Below, in pieces: positions 56,168 to 64,000 of a stretch of 64,000 nt of DNA. The DNA comes from Phycisphaerae bacterium (GTDB lineage Bacteria; Planctomycetota; Phycisphaerae; UBA1845), in contig JAFGJQ010000501.1 in assembly GCA_016929015.1 (NCBI GenBank), positions 26,823-90,822 on the forward strand. Reading direction: 5' to 3'. A program made the translations under genes and the position numbers. The notes under the pieces were generated by a model. That model ran no database searches. It worked only from the letters and a program-made list of their open reading frames with translations, and was not told the origin of the DNA. Positions within the stretch are counted from its first letter, which is position 1. Each line of letters begins with the position of its first letter.

Positions 56168-57154
56168 TCACGTTGCCCTTCGCATCCGCCACTGATCGAT
56201 TGCGACCGCGATAATGATAATGTGCCCGACGATGATCTCCTGGACGTAGTTCTGCCAGAGCAGGGCCGTGCAGCGGTTGCGGAGGTAGGCCATAAGGAAC
56301 GCGCCGATCAGCGTGCCGACGATGGAGCCCTGTCCGCCGGCCAGCGACGCGCCGCCGATGACGACGGCGGCGATCACATCCAGTTCCAGCCCCACCGCCA
56401 CCGTCGGGTCCCCCTGGGTGAGCCGGGCAAACTGCATCAATCCGGCCCAGCCGACAAGCAATCCGGCGGTCACATAGATCAGGACCTTCGTTCGCGGGAC
56501 ACGGATGCCGCACAGCCGCGCCGTGGATTCGTTCGAGCCGATCGCGAACGCGTATCGACCCAGCAGTGAATACCGAAGCACGACAACCATCAGCAGGCCC
56601 AGGCCGATCGTGATCCAGACGGCCGGGGCGAACACAAGCCAGGGGTAATCCTTGGGCGGCTGCGGATTCACCCAGATTTCCATACCCAGAGTCGGCGCAT
56701 TCACGGTCTGGCTCTTGGCAAGCCACTTGGCCACGCCGCGAAAGAACCCCAGCGTGCCCAGCGTCGCGATAAACGGAGGCAGTCGCAGCACCGTCACCAG
56801 CAGACCGTTGTACAGCCCGCAAATCGCCCCCGTGCCGATGGCGACGACGATCCCGACGGAAAGGGGGTATCCGCCGGCCAGCGTCAACGCGGCCATCACG
56901 CTGCACAGGGCGATGGCCGATCCGACGGACAGGTCGATTCCGCCGCTGATGATGATCAGCGTCATGCCCATGGCGCAAGTGCCGACGATGACCGTATGCA
57001 CCGCGATGGTCCGGAGGTCGAGCAGCGACACGCCGCGATGCGGCGGAATCGCGTAGAAAATCACCATGACGACGGCCAGGCCGATGAACGGCGCCAGCAC
57101 GCTCATCAGGCGAGAGCCCGTCTGGCGGGCGGAAGCGGAAAAGCCGGCACTCAC
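56168..57154 (-). CDS. Sugar ABC transporter permease (RbsC/AraH family)
   Basis: There are about 10 TM helices. The motif GGIDLSVGS is typical of the family. The start was set at GTG 57154, which forms a GTGA overlap with the ATPase stop. The ORF-track start at 57268 was rejected. Confidence 0.85.
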   Translation of the reverse strand: MSAGFSASARQTGSRLMSVLAPFIGLAVVMVIFYAIPPHRGVSLLDLRTIAVHTVIVGTCAMGMTLIIISGGIDLSVGSAIALCSVMAALTLAGGYPLSVGIVVAIGTGAICGLYNGLLVTVLRLPPFIATLGTLGFFRGVAKWLAKSQTVNAPTLGMEIWVNPQPPKDYPWLVFAPAVWITIGLGLLMVVVLRYSLLGRYAFAIGSNESTARLCGIRVPRTKVLIYVTAGLLVGWAGLMQFARLTQGDPTVAVGLELDVIAAVVIGGASLAGGQGSIVGTLIGAFLMAYLRNRCTALLWQNYVQEIIVGHIIIIAVAIDQWRMRRAT

Positions 57155-58671
57155 GCAGAAGCCTCCCGGCCACCGGCCGCCGCGGCGATGATGGCGTGTT
57201 CCGTCCATTCCCCGGCCGGTCGAGGCGGCACCAGCCGGCCGCGATGCATCACCGCGATGCGATCGCAAATGCCCAGCAGCTCGGGCACGTAGCTGCTGAT
57301 GACGAGCACCGCCTTGCCCCGGGCGGCCAACTCGCCGATCAGCCGGTAGATCTGGGCCTTGCTGGCCACGTCAATTCCGCGCGTCGGCTCGTCGAGGATC
57401 AGCACGTCCACGTCATGGTGGAGCAGGCGAGCGAGGGCCACCTTCTGCTGGTTGCCGCCGGACAACTCGCGGACCGCCTGGTTGGACCCGCGAACGCGAA
57501 TCCCCAAAGCGTCGATCCAGCGCGACGTGGCCCGGTGCATCCCGCGCAAACTGACGAAGCCCCAGCGCGTGAACGGGGCCGGCCGGCTCAGCGTGACGTT
57601 CTCCGCCACCGTGCGCCCGACGGCCAGGCCCTCGCTTTGGCGGTCTTCGCTCAGCAGGCCCACTCCCTCGCGAAGCCGATCGGCCGGACTGTGCTTGCTT
57701 CGCGAAACACCGGCCACACGCACCATGCCGCCGCGAACGATGTCCAGGCCGAATATGGCCCGGGCCAGTTCCGTCCGCCCGGCCCCGACCAGCCCGGCCA
57801 GGCCAAGGATTTCACCGCGATGTAGGGTGAGACTGGCGCCTGCCGTCATCCGCGCGCCGAGCAGCTCCTTCAGCTCCAACACCGGCGGGCCGGGCGCATG
57901 AGGGACCTGCGGAAACATCTCGTCCAGCTTGCGCCCGATCATGAGCTCTACCAGTCGGTCCTGGGTCGCGTCTGCCAGGCGGCCGGTGCCGACGGTCCGG
58001 CCATCGCGGAGCACGGTGTAGCGGTCGGCCACTTGCTGCACTTCTTCGAGGAAGTGGGAGATGTAGACGACAGACACGCCGGATTGCCGCAATGCGTCGA
58101 TGACGAGGAACAGGTGCTCGATGTCGGCCAGGCCGAGGCTGCTGGTCGGCTCGTCCATGACGAGGATGCGAGCGTCCAGCAAAAGCGCCCGGGCGATTTC
58201 CACAAGCTGGCGGCCGGCCGGCGAGAGGCGGCGTACGGGCGCGTCCGGGCGCAGTTCCGGGTGGTTCAGGCAGGCCAGGGCATCGGCCACGCGATCGCGG
58301 TAGGCGCCGCGCTGAATGAATCCGAGCCGGTGATGCTCCACGCCCAGGGTCAGGTTCTGCTCCACCGTCAGGTGCGGGGCGAGCGTGAGCTCCTGGTAGA
58401 TCATGGCGACGCCCGCGGCCCGGGCGGCCAGCGGCCCGACCGGCGCGAACGCCTGTCCGTCGAGCTGCATGGTGCCGGCGTCAGGCCGGACGGCGCCGGA
58501 AAGCACCTTCATCAGCGTCGACTTGCCGGCGCCGTTCTCGCCGATCAGCGCGTGCACTTCGCCGGGCGCCACGGTCAGGTCCACGCCGTCCAGGGCGAGC
58601 GTGGCCCCGAACCGCTTGACCACCCCGCGCATCTGCAGGCGGGGACCGTGCGTGGCGGGCGGTGATGCCAT
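57151..58671 (-). CDS. Sugar ABC transporter ATP-binding protein (duplicated ABC domains, RbsA-like)
   Basis: Walker A GENGAGKSTLMK, signature LSPAGRQLVEIARAL, Walker B ILVMDEPTSSL, and the second-half signature LSGGNQQKVALARLL with LILDEPTRGID. Confidence 0.9.
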   Translation of the reverse strand: MASPPATHGPRLQMRGVVKRFGATLALDGVDLTVAPGEVHALIGENGAGKSTLMKVLSGAVRPDAGTMQLDGQAFAPVGPLAARAAGVAMIYQELTLAPHLTVEQNLTLGVEHHRLGFIQRGAYRDRVADALACLNHPELRPDAPVRRLSPAGRQLVEIARALLLDARILVMDEPTSSLGLADIEHLFLVIDALRQSGVSVVYISHFLEEVQQVADRYTVLRDGRTVGTGRLADATQDRLVELMIGRKLDEMFPQVPHAPGPPVLELKELLGARMTAGASLTLHRGEILGLAGLVGAGRTELARAIFGLDIVRGGMVRVAGVSRSKHSPADRLREGVGLLSEDRQSEGLAVGRTVAENVTLSRPAPFTRWGFVSLRGMHRATSRWIDALGIRVRGSNQAVRELSGGNQQKVALARLLHHDVDVLILDEPTRGIDVASKAQIYRLIGELAARGKAVLVISSYVPELLGICDRIAVMHRGRLVPPRPAGEWTEHAIIAAAAGGREASA

Positions 58672-58680
58672 GTCAATGCG

Positions 58681-59736
58681 TCATTTGAGATATTGGTCCA
58701 GGTCCGGTTCGATCAGTTCACGGTTCTCGGGGAGCTCGACGTTCTCCGGCGTGATGATGGTGACGCCCGTGTCCTGCCGCGGCGGAACCGGCTTGCCGTC
58801 CAGATGATCCACCGCGGACTTGACGCCGAGGTATCCCATACGCATCGGGTTCTGCACAACCAGCCCGTCGATCTCATCTTTGCGAAGGGCCTCCACGAGG
58901 CCCACGCTGGAGTCGAACCCCACAAAGCGGATCTTGCCGGCCAGCCCGCGTGCTCGCAGGGCCAGCAACATGCCGAAGGTGGAGGACTCGTTCGGGCAGA
59001 AAATGCCGTCCACGTGGTCGTAGGCGGTCAGCAGGTTCTCGCTGGCCTGCTGGGCCGTGTCGCGCGTGGCCCCGGCGTATCGTTTGGGATCGACCAGCTC
59101 GATGCCTTCGTGCTTCGCCAGCGTATCCGTGAAGCCCTTCTCACGCTGCACGGTGCTGGCCGAGCCCTCCTGGTACCGCAGCAGCAGCACCTTGCCCTTG
59201 CCGCCGAGCACTTCGGCCATTCGCTCGGCGGCGAGCACGCCGCCCTGGTAGTTGTCCGTGGCGACGAAGCTGACGAAATCTTTGCCCGCTTCGGCGGTCA
59301 GGTCGGAGTCGATGATGACCACGGGAATGCCGGCCTGGGTGGCCTGTCGAACGGGCGCCGCGAGGGACCGATCATCCAGCGGCGCCAGGACGATGGCATC
59401 CACTTCCCGACTGACGAAGTTCTGAACCAGTGCGATCTGCTGTTCTCGGTCGTCCTCGCGCTCCGGCCCGCGGAACACAATGTTCACGTTGCCCAGTTCA
59501 CGCTGGGCCTTGACGGCCCCCGCGTGCACGGACTTCCAGAAGTCGTGCGTCGTGCCCTTCGGGATGACCGCGATTTCCCGGGTCTTGGCGGCGCCGCCGC
59601 TCGCAGCCATGCCGGTCTTGTCGGCCGCGGTTGTCGAATCCGTTCCGGCGGCGGGCTCTTCCCGGTTGCAGCCGGCCCACGTCAGGGCCAGGATGCAGAT
59701 GCACACCCATCGCTTCATGACGCGTTCTCCCTTCAT
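58681..59736 (-). CDS. Sugar ABC transporter substrate-binding lipoprotein (periplasmic binding protein type I)
   Basis: Lipobox ILALTWAGC. Also IAVIPKGTTHDFWKSV, VDAIVLAPLD and VATDNYQGG. The true start may be the internal ATG at 59718 (MKRWVCICIL). Confidence 0.85.
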   Translation of the reverse strand: MKGERVMKRWVCICILALTWAGCNREEPAAGTDSTTAADKTGMAASGGAAKTREIAVIPKGTTHDFWKSVHAGAVKAQRELGNVNIVFRGPEREDDREQQIALVQNFVSREVDAIVLAPLDDRSLAAPVRQATQAGIPVVIIDSDLTAEAGKDFVSFVATDNYQGGVLAAERMAEVLGGKGKVLLLRYQEGSASTVQREKGFTDTLAKHEGIELVDPKRYAGATRDTAQQASENLLTAYDHVDGIFCPNESSTFGMLLALRARGLAGKIRFVGFDSSVGLVEALRKDEIDGLVVQNPMRMGYLGVKSAVDHLDGKPVPPRQDTGVTIITPENVELPENRELIEPDLDQYLK

Positions 59737-59889
59737 ACGACAAACCTGCGAATTCTTCGCATCCCGCGCCTATCTTAACGGCCGCCAAGGCCCACGCAAC
59801 GTTGGCCCGGCCTGCGCTGTTTGGACAGGGAATCAGGACTGACGCGCGCCCGAAACGGCTGTCGCACCCGCCGCCACCGTGCGCTCCGC

Positions 59890-60086
59890 GTGCCACTCTT
59901 GAGCAGTGCTCGTTCCCCCTGGTGCCACTGCTTCTTGAGCAGTGGTCGTCCCCGCATCAGGGCCGTAGGCCCACCCGAGACCAGCCCGCCGTTTCAACGG
60001 CGGGTCCGCTCCGCCCCACCCCAATCCCCCGGTCCTGTAGGGACCGGATGAATCTGTGCCACTGCTTCTTGAGCAGTGCTTCCGAC
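59890..60086. repeat. Repeat family B, site 2: three hairpin units (two adjacent, one ~100 bp further on)
   Basis: gtgccactcttgagcagtgctcgttccccct (59890-59920), ggtgccactgcttcttgagcagtggtcgtcccc (59921-59953) and gtgccactgcttcttgagcagtgcttccgac (60056-60086). The core is cactgct-tcttg-agcagtg. The same family occurs at 30803-30902. Confidence 0.85.
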
Positions 60087-60563
60087 ACACTCACAGACGG
60101 CCCGTCAATCACGCCCGTCGAACCGATCTTGTTCGGCCCCCCTCCATCCTCCGCAAGCCACCTCGCCCTTCGCTCAGATGTGAGCATCAGATGTTCCGTT
60201 TGGCCCCGCTCATTCCGCCCACAACGGGGGCGGCGGAGTGTGGCCACGGGCGAAGCGCAGCGCAGCCCGTGGATCGCCGATCCCCCCCAAAAAATCCACT
60301 TGCCCCGGCAGGGGCAGAGGAACGGATCGCCCGCCCTCGGAGTTGTTCCGGTAGGGTTTCTCTTGGGTCGGCTTCAGCCGATCGGCCAGTGCTCCCATCT
60401 TCAGATGGGGGTGGCCGGGACCTTCATCACTCCCGTTCTTCTTCGTCCTCCTCCTCGCGACGGCCGACCGGCCGCCACGTCCCGAATACCAGCACGCCGG
60501 CCACCGCGGGAGCCGGCCCCGGCAATTGCAGCCGGGCTTAAGCCCGGTGCCACCGAGGGGAGG

Positions 60564-60591
60564 CTGTGGACTGTGGACTGTGGACTGTGGG
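60564..60591. repeat. Tandem heptamer (ctgtgga)x3 plus ctgtggg
   Basis: ctgtggactgtggactgtggactgtggg. It is preceded by the perfect 16-bp palindrome ccgggcttaagcccgg (60532-60547). Confidence 0.9.
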
Positions 60592-60726
60592 CCGGAGGCA
60601 GAGGGGCCGCCGGGAAGGCGGCACGTTGTCCGGGAAGTAGAAGAGGCATGGGCGGTTCTCCTGGACGGGGGCGCGGACTGCGCGCGGGGCCGTGTAGAGA
60701 TGGAACATGGCAGGCGGACGCGGAAG

Positions 60727-60758
60727 GAATTGCGAATCGCGAACGATGAATTGCGAAT
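60727..60758. repeat. Repeat family C, site 2 (inverted relative to site 1)
   Basis: gaattgcgaat occurs at 60727 and 60748, a 21-bp period. It is the reverse complement of attcgcaattc found at 56127-56167. Confidence 0.8.
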
Positions 60759-60786
60759 GGCGGGCTTTGCCCGCGAACGGAGGTTA

Positions 60787-60945
60787 CGGGGCGGGGGGGG
60801 CGTTCTGGTGCGGGTCGGCTTTCGGAAAACAGTTCCGATCCGCGTCAGTCCGCCAGAAAAGATTCCTGACCCCTTTGTCTTTCCGAGCGAGGCTCGTTCC
60901 GTAATCGGGGGCGGGGGCGCGTTCTGCTGCGGGTCGGCTTTCGGA
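60787..60945. repeat. ~39-bp direct repeat pair
   Basis: ggggcggggggggcgttctggtgcgggtcggctttcgga (60787-60825) and gggggcgggggcgcgttctgctgcgggtcggctttcgga (60907-60945). Confidence 0.85.
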
Positions 60946-61086
60946 GGGGATGCCTGACGTCGATAGCCTTGGCCCCGGTAGTCCCGGCGTTCGTCCAAAG
61001 AAGGAAGAATCGCCTACGGGAGTCTTTTCAACTTGACAGAGCGGGGGCTAATCGGTGCCCCCTTTGTCCGGTGTGCTGGCCCGGCA

Positions 61087-61611
61087 TCAGGTCGATCCTC
61101 TCCATTCATAACGCACCACGAGTTCGTGGAGCATCGCAAACGTGTCCTTGTAGGCCACATTGAACTGCGCACAGACATCGGGCAGCAGAATTCGGTTTCG
61201 CGATTGAGGCCGCGGTTGCTCGTTCGTGACGACCGGGATGCCATGCACCAGCGCGTACGCGACAAGCCAACCATCCGCTTCCGTGGCGAACTTCGCCTTG
61301 GCCTGATCGAAATACTGCGCGCTCCGCTGTACCCACAGCATCACTCGTCCATACGCATCGGTGACGGCTTCCTCATCCGTATCCAGAAAGAACGCCGGCG
61401 GCAATTGCTCCTTGACCCATCGCACGAGATCTTCGGTCTTGCGGCCGGCGAGCAGTTCGCCCCTGACCCGATCAATACTGCGGACGTTTCCCGCGTCGCA
61501 GTGATGAATCAGGCTGTCCCAGAACCCCGGACAGATCGCGAACGCGTAGTAGCTGTTCTTCGCCGCGATGAACACGTCCGAATCCAACAGGTAAGGGCGA
61601 TCGGCACTCAC
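61087..61611 (-). CDS. DUF4411-like (PIN-like nuclease fold) protein; putative toxin/effector partner of the upstream ImmA/IrrE gene
   Basis: The N-terminus (M)SADRPYLLDSDVFIAAKNSYY, with acidic residues early in the first strand, is PIN-like. The length (~174 aa) and the pairing with an HTH-ImmA gene match what I recall of DUF4411. The GTG start forms a GTGA overlap with the upstream stop. Confidence 0.65.
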   Translation of the reverse strand: MSADRPYLLDSDVFIAAKNSYYAFAICPGFWDSLIHHCDAGNVRSIDRVRGELLAGRKTEDLVRWVKEQLPPAFFLDTDEEAVTDAYGRVMLWVQRSAQYFDQAKAKFATEADGWLVAYALVHGIPVVTNEQPRPQSRNRILLPDVCAQFNVAYKDTFAMLHELVVRYEWRGST

Positions 61612-62756
61612 GGCAGTTGCACCCCCAGGCGGCTGGCGTATTCCTGGAACGCCCCCCCGCGCAGCCCGGTCAGATCATACGCCTCCTTGAAACTCAGCCG
61701 GCCGCCTTTCGCCGCGAGAATCACGTGAACGGCGAACCGCTCGCCCACCCGCGTGTTTTGGTTGTTATAGAAGTCGCCTCCACCCGCAGCGGAACGTTGC
61801 CGCCGCTCTCGTGCGGCGTATTGCTCGTAGAAGGCGAAGAAGGCCTCGCGACTCAGCAGACGCAGGTCCAGTGCGCGACGGCCAGCCACGATGGGGCTGA
61901 CCTTGTACCGGCGGGCGAGAATCTCGAACGGCGCCGCTGCCCGCCGGATATCGCGCCAGCACGCTTTTAGCTCCTGCGCCGGCACAAGGAACTCGGCCGC
62001 CGCTCCATCGCACCACGCCTCGGTCTCCTGCGCAGGCAGGGATGTCACGCCCGTGTCCGTCAACGCGCTTTGCCCAAGCCAGATGTGCGCCAGTTCGTGT
62101 GCGAGCGTGAACATCTGGGCCGACTTCGCGTCGGCCCCGTTCACGAAAACCAGGGGGGCGTATTCGTCGCTCAGGGCGAAGCCGCGGAACTCGTCAACCT
62201 CCAGCTTGCGATGCGTGTTGTTCCCGACCACGCCGTTGATGACCGCCATCACGCCCAGTTCTTCGATGGCGCGGCGCAATTCGCCAACCGCCTCGCGCCA
62301 GGTGCGCACCGCCTCGGCCCAGCCGTCGCCCAGGCCGACCATCCGCCGCATTTCACGCCCAACACCCTCCGCATCTTCTGCCAGGCGGGCGCTGCCGACG
62401 AATTCGAGCGGCTCCGCGTCACACTCAATCAACTCCTCGCGCAGCCAAGCCTGCCGCCGCTGCATGGCATGAATGGTGTCCAGCAGGTCAGGGCTCGCGT
62501 GGCTGATCTCCTCGTGACGGATCGTTCGGAGGTCGGGAATCGGGATATGCTCTTCCGGCGGCTCGGGCAGAAAAAGGTATCCGAAGGGCACGTATGTCGC
62601 TTTGGCGAAGTCCTCCAACTGCTTGAGCGTGGGCCGCGCCTCGCCGCGCTCCCATTCGGCCAGCTTCCTGAAGCGCGCGCCGAAATCCTCCACGCGGCGT
62701 CCCGCGCGCTCACGCGCCCAGCGCAGCAACTCGGGCTTGACCGGGGCGCCCGGCAT
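61608..62756 (-). CDS. HTH (XRE-like) plus ImmA/IrrE-family zinc metallopeptidase (COG2856/M78)
   Basis: The N-terminus LLRWARERAGRRVEDFGARFRKLAEWERGEARPTLKQLEDFAKATYVPFGYLFL is HTH-like. The peptidase core is FRGFALSDEYAPLVFVNGADAKSAQMFTLAHELAHIWLG (HExxH). A helical C-terminal domain follows. Confidence 0.8.
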   Translation of the reverse strand: MPGAPVKPELLRWARERAGRRVEDFGARFRKLAEWERGEARPTLKQLEDFAKATYVPFGYLFLPEPPEEHIPIPDLRTIRHEEISHASPDLLDTIHAMQRRQAWLREELIECDAEPLEFVGSARLAEDAEGVGREMRRMVGLGDGWAEAVRTWREAVGELRRAIEELGVMAVINGVVGNNTHRKLEVDEFRGFALSDEYAPLVFVNGADAKSAQMFTLAHELAHIWLGQSALTDTGVTSLPAQETEAWCDGAAAEFLVPAQELKACWRDIRRAAAPFEILARRYKVSPIVAGRRALDLRLLSREAFFAFYEQYAARERRQRSAAGGGDFYNNQNTRVGERFAVHVILAAKGGRLSFKEAYDLTGLRGGAFQEYASRLGVQLP

Positions 62757-62877
62757 CAGGCAACCTCCTTCCGCACGGCAATTCTACCGGCGGCCACACG
62801 ACGCCGCTCCAGCCGGCCGAAGAATATCTCACGCGCGTGCGCGGAGTGCCCAACGGCAAAAAGCATGCGTCTTGCAG

Positions 62878-63855
62878 TCATTCTTTGGCAGACTCCCAAT
62901 TCCGCATCGGACCGAAGATCGCAATACCGTCGGTCCCGGCATAGCCCCTGTCATCGCGCGGCAACTCCCGCACTGCTTCCGATGCTCGCTCGGGCATTTC
63001 GTAAATAGCGGCTAGCAATCCGAGCTCGAGCGGCCGTTCAACGAACGGTGGTGGTGGGAGATAGTGAAAAAACTCCCAGAAGAACGGGAACAGTGGCACC
63101 GTCACAAAGCGAGCGCTGCCAAGCATCTGCTCACGACGCGGGCCAAGCTCACGCAGGTATTCGATGATGCCGCGATAATACTGCCTGAAGAAATCCTCGT
63201 CAGGAATCCGCCATCGCTCACCGGCGCCTTCCTCGCTTGCAGAAGGGTCGTCAAGGAGGACAGAAATAGGTTGGGTGAAGAGCGAGGTAATGCAGGCCGA
63301 TGTCGTGGACGGCGGTTGGCCGTTGACCGACGTTACCGTTGCGGCCTGCCGCTTCGCCTTGGTAACGAGCGACGCCGAATACGAGTTGCTGCGGCCCTTG
63401 GCCTCGATCACATGCCACGCGCCCTGGATGTCCCGCCCGACAAGGTCGCCACGCTCGTTGGTGCTGGAAGTAATTGTCAGCGCGCCGCTGTCGCGCATCT
63501 GATCCACGTGCGCTAGCCAATGAACCCCGAGCTCAACGTCGGCTGTGATCTTGGCCAAGGCCATTCCGTACCAGTAGGTCGATGCTCCTTTCTCGGACGC
63601 ATCCAGCGAGCCATATCGACTGGAAAGGCAAAGACCCGTGGGCGACTGCTCCAGAAACGAGAAGGCGGACAATCCCATGCCGAAGCGGTGCAGGAGACCA
63701 CGCCACCCGACGGAGAATACGTCGAGGAACCGTTGCGCGCCGACCGTGACCACCGCCCGCAGGACCGCGCGCCGTGACACGTCGCGCGGGCGTGTGCCGT
63801 TCGTGGCCGCATATGCGCCTGGGAATTTCCTGCACGTGACGGTCACGTTCGCCAT
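62878..63855 (-). CDS. Hypothetical protein with a PD-(D/E)xK nuclease-like motif
   Basis: ERGDLVGRDIQGAWHVIEAKGRS fits D...(D/E)xK. The start was set at ATG 63855 (MANVTVT...), 4 nt after the hsdS-like stop. The alternative ATG 63876 would overlap that gene by 17 nt. Hand counts of a few 60-nt lines give roughly 53-55% GC, against the low-to-high 60s elsewhere. No family was recognised. Confidence 0.55.
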   Translation of the reverse strand: MANVTVTCRKFPGAYAATNGTRPRDVSRRAVLRAVVTVGAQRFLDVFSVGWRGLLHRFGMGLSAFSFLEQSPTGLCLSSRYGSLDASEKGASTYWYGMALAKITADVELGVHWLAHVDQMRDSGALTITSSTNERGDLVGRDIQGAWHVIEAKGRSNSYSASLVTKAKRQAATVTSVNGQPPSTTSACITSLFTQPISVLLDDPSASEEGAGERWRIPDEDFFRQYYRGIIEYLRELGPRREQMLGSARFVTVPLFPFFWEFFHYLPPPPFVERPLELGLLAAIYEMPERASEAVRELPRDDRGYAGTDGIAIFGPMRNWESAKE

Positions 63856-63859
63856 GCGA

Positions 63860-64000
63860 TCAGGTACTCCGTACATCGATCTTGCCCGTTATGGCTGCCG
63901 AGATCAGGCCGGTTCGCAACTCGAGTAGCCCGCTAATGCTCTGCTCGACCTTCGCAGCAAGCGAGTCGGTACGGCTGGTCTCCGCGTCAACGTGGGCGGC
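63860..64000 (-). CDS. hsdS: 3' end of a type I restriction-modification specificity subunit (HsdS)-like gene, truncated by the window edge
   Basis: The minus-strand frame is open from 64000 to the TGA at 63860-63862: AAHVDAETSRTDSLAAKVEQSISGLLELRTGLISAAITGKIDVRST*. The ..L(R/K)..LIS.A(V/I)TGKIDVR ending is the conserved C-terminal helix of HsdS proteins as I recall it. This ORF is not in the ORF track because it is a partial ORF. Confidence 0.5.
   Translation of the reverse strand, partial: AAHVDAETSRTDSLAAKVEQSISGLLELRTGLISAAITGKIDVRST

Noticed and set aside
59802-60998. 315-aa (+) and 262-aa (-) ORFs spanning the repeat-rich region
   Set aside because: They are mutually antisense, Pro/Arg/Gly/Ser-rich, and built from translations of tandem and hairpin repeats. 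There is no start-site signal and no domain motif.

Overview
This is a 64-kb window of a high-GC bacterial chromosome. By eye the GC content is in the mid-60s percent, with a few lower-GC pockets. The gene content suggests an anaerobic Planctomycetota/Phycisphaerae-like organism. That inference rests on a DUF1559-type prepilin-like gene, a 7-gene E-DUF2764-A-B-D-I-K V-type ATPase, a futalosine-pathway radical SAM gene, an [FeFe] hydrogenase and System II cytochrome c biogenesis.

All calls were made by reading the supplied translations and the DNA, using motifs recalled from memory. No database search was run. The ORF track opens each ORF at the most upstream ATG/GTG/TTG, so many true starts lie further in. 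I re-set starts where a signal peptide, a Shine-Dalgarno site or a stop/start overlap supported it.

I support about 50 CDS, one tRNA-Leu(CAA), several intrinsic-terminator-like hairpins, one tentative cobalamin-riboswitch-like leader, and three families of short structured intergenic repeats. I found no rRNA, CRISPR array, transposase or integrase.

The observations most worth a second look are:
1. At the right edge (61.1-64.0 kb), the 3' end of a type I R-M specificity gene is followed co-directionally by an orphan PD-(D/E)xK-like gene with lower GC. After that comes a translationally coupled HTH-ImmA/IrrE metallopeptidase plus DUF4411 (PIN-like) pair. This looks like a candidate defence or abortive-infection cassette, and it ends in a 1.35-kb ORF-poor, hairpin-dense repeat region.
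2. At the left edge, a CpI-type [FeFe] hydrogenase carries TSCSPGW instead of TSCCPxW. 3.7 kb downstream lies a 1334-aa hybrid histidine kinase whose N-terminus is a HydS-like, non-catalytic hydrogenase H-domain.
3. Inverted 18-bp-unit repeat arrays and other hairpin repeat families bracket gene cassettes.
4. A promoter / SD / 23-codon hydrophobic sORF / terminator mini-unit sits at about 53.0-53.3 kb.

Most of the remaining window is ordinary housekeeping and envelope genes.
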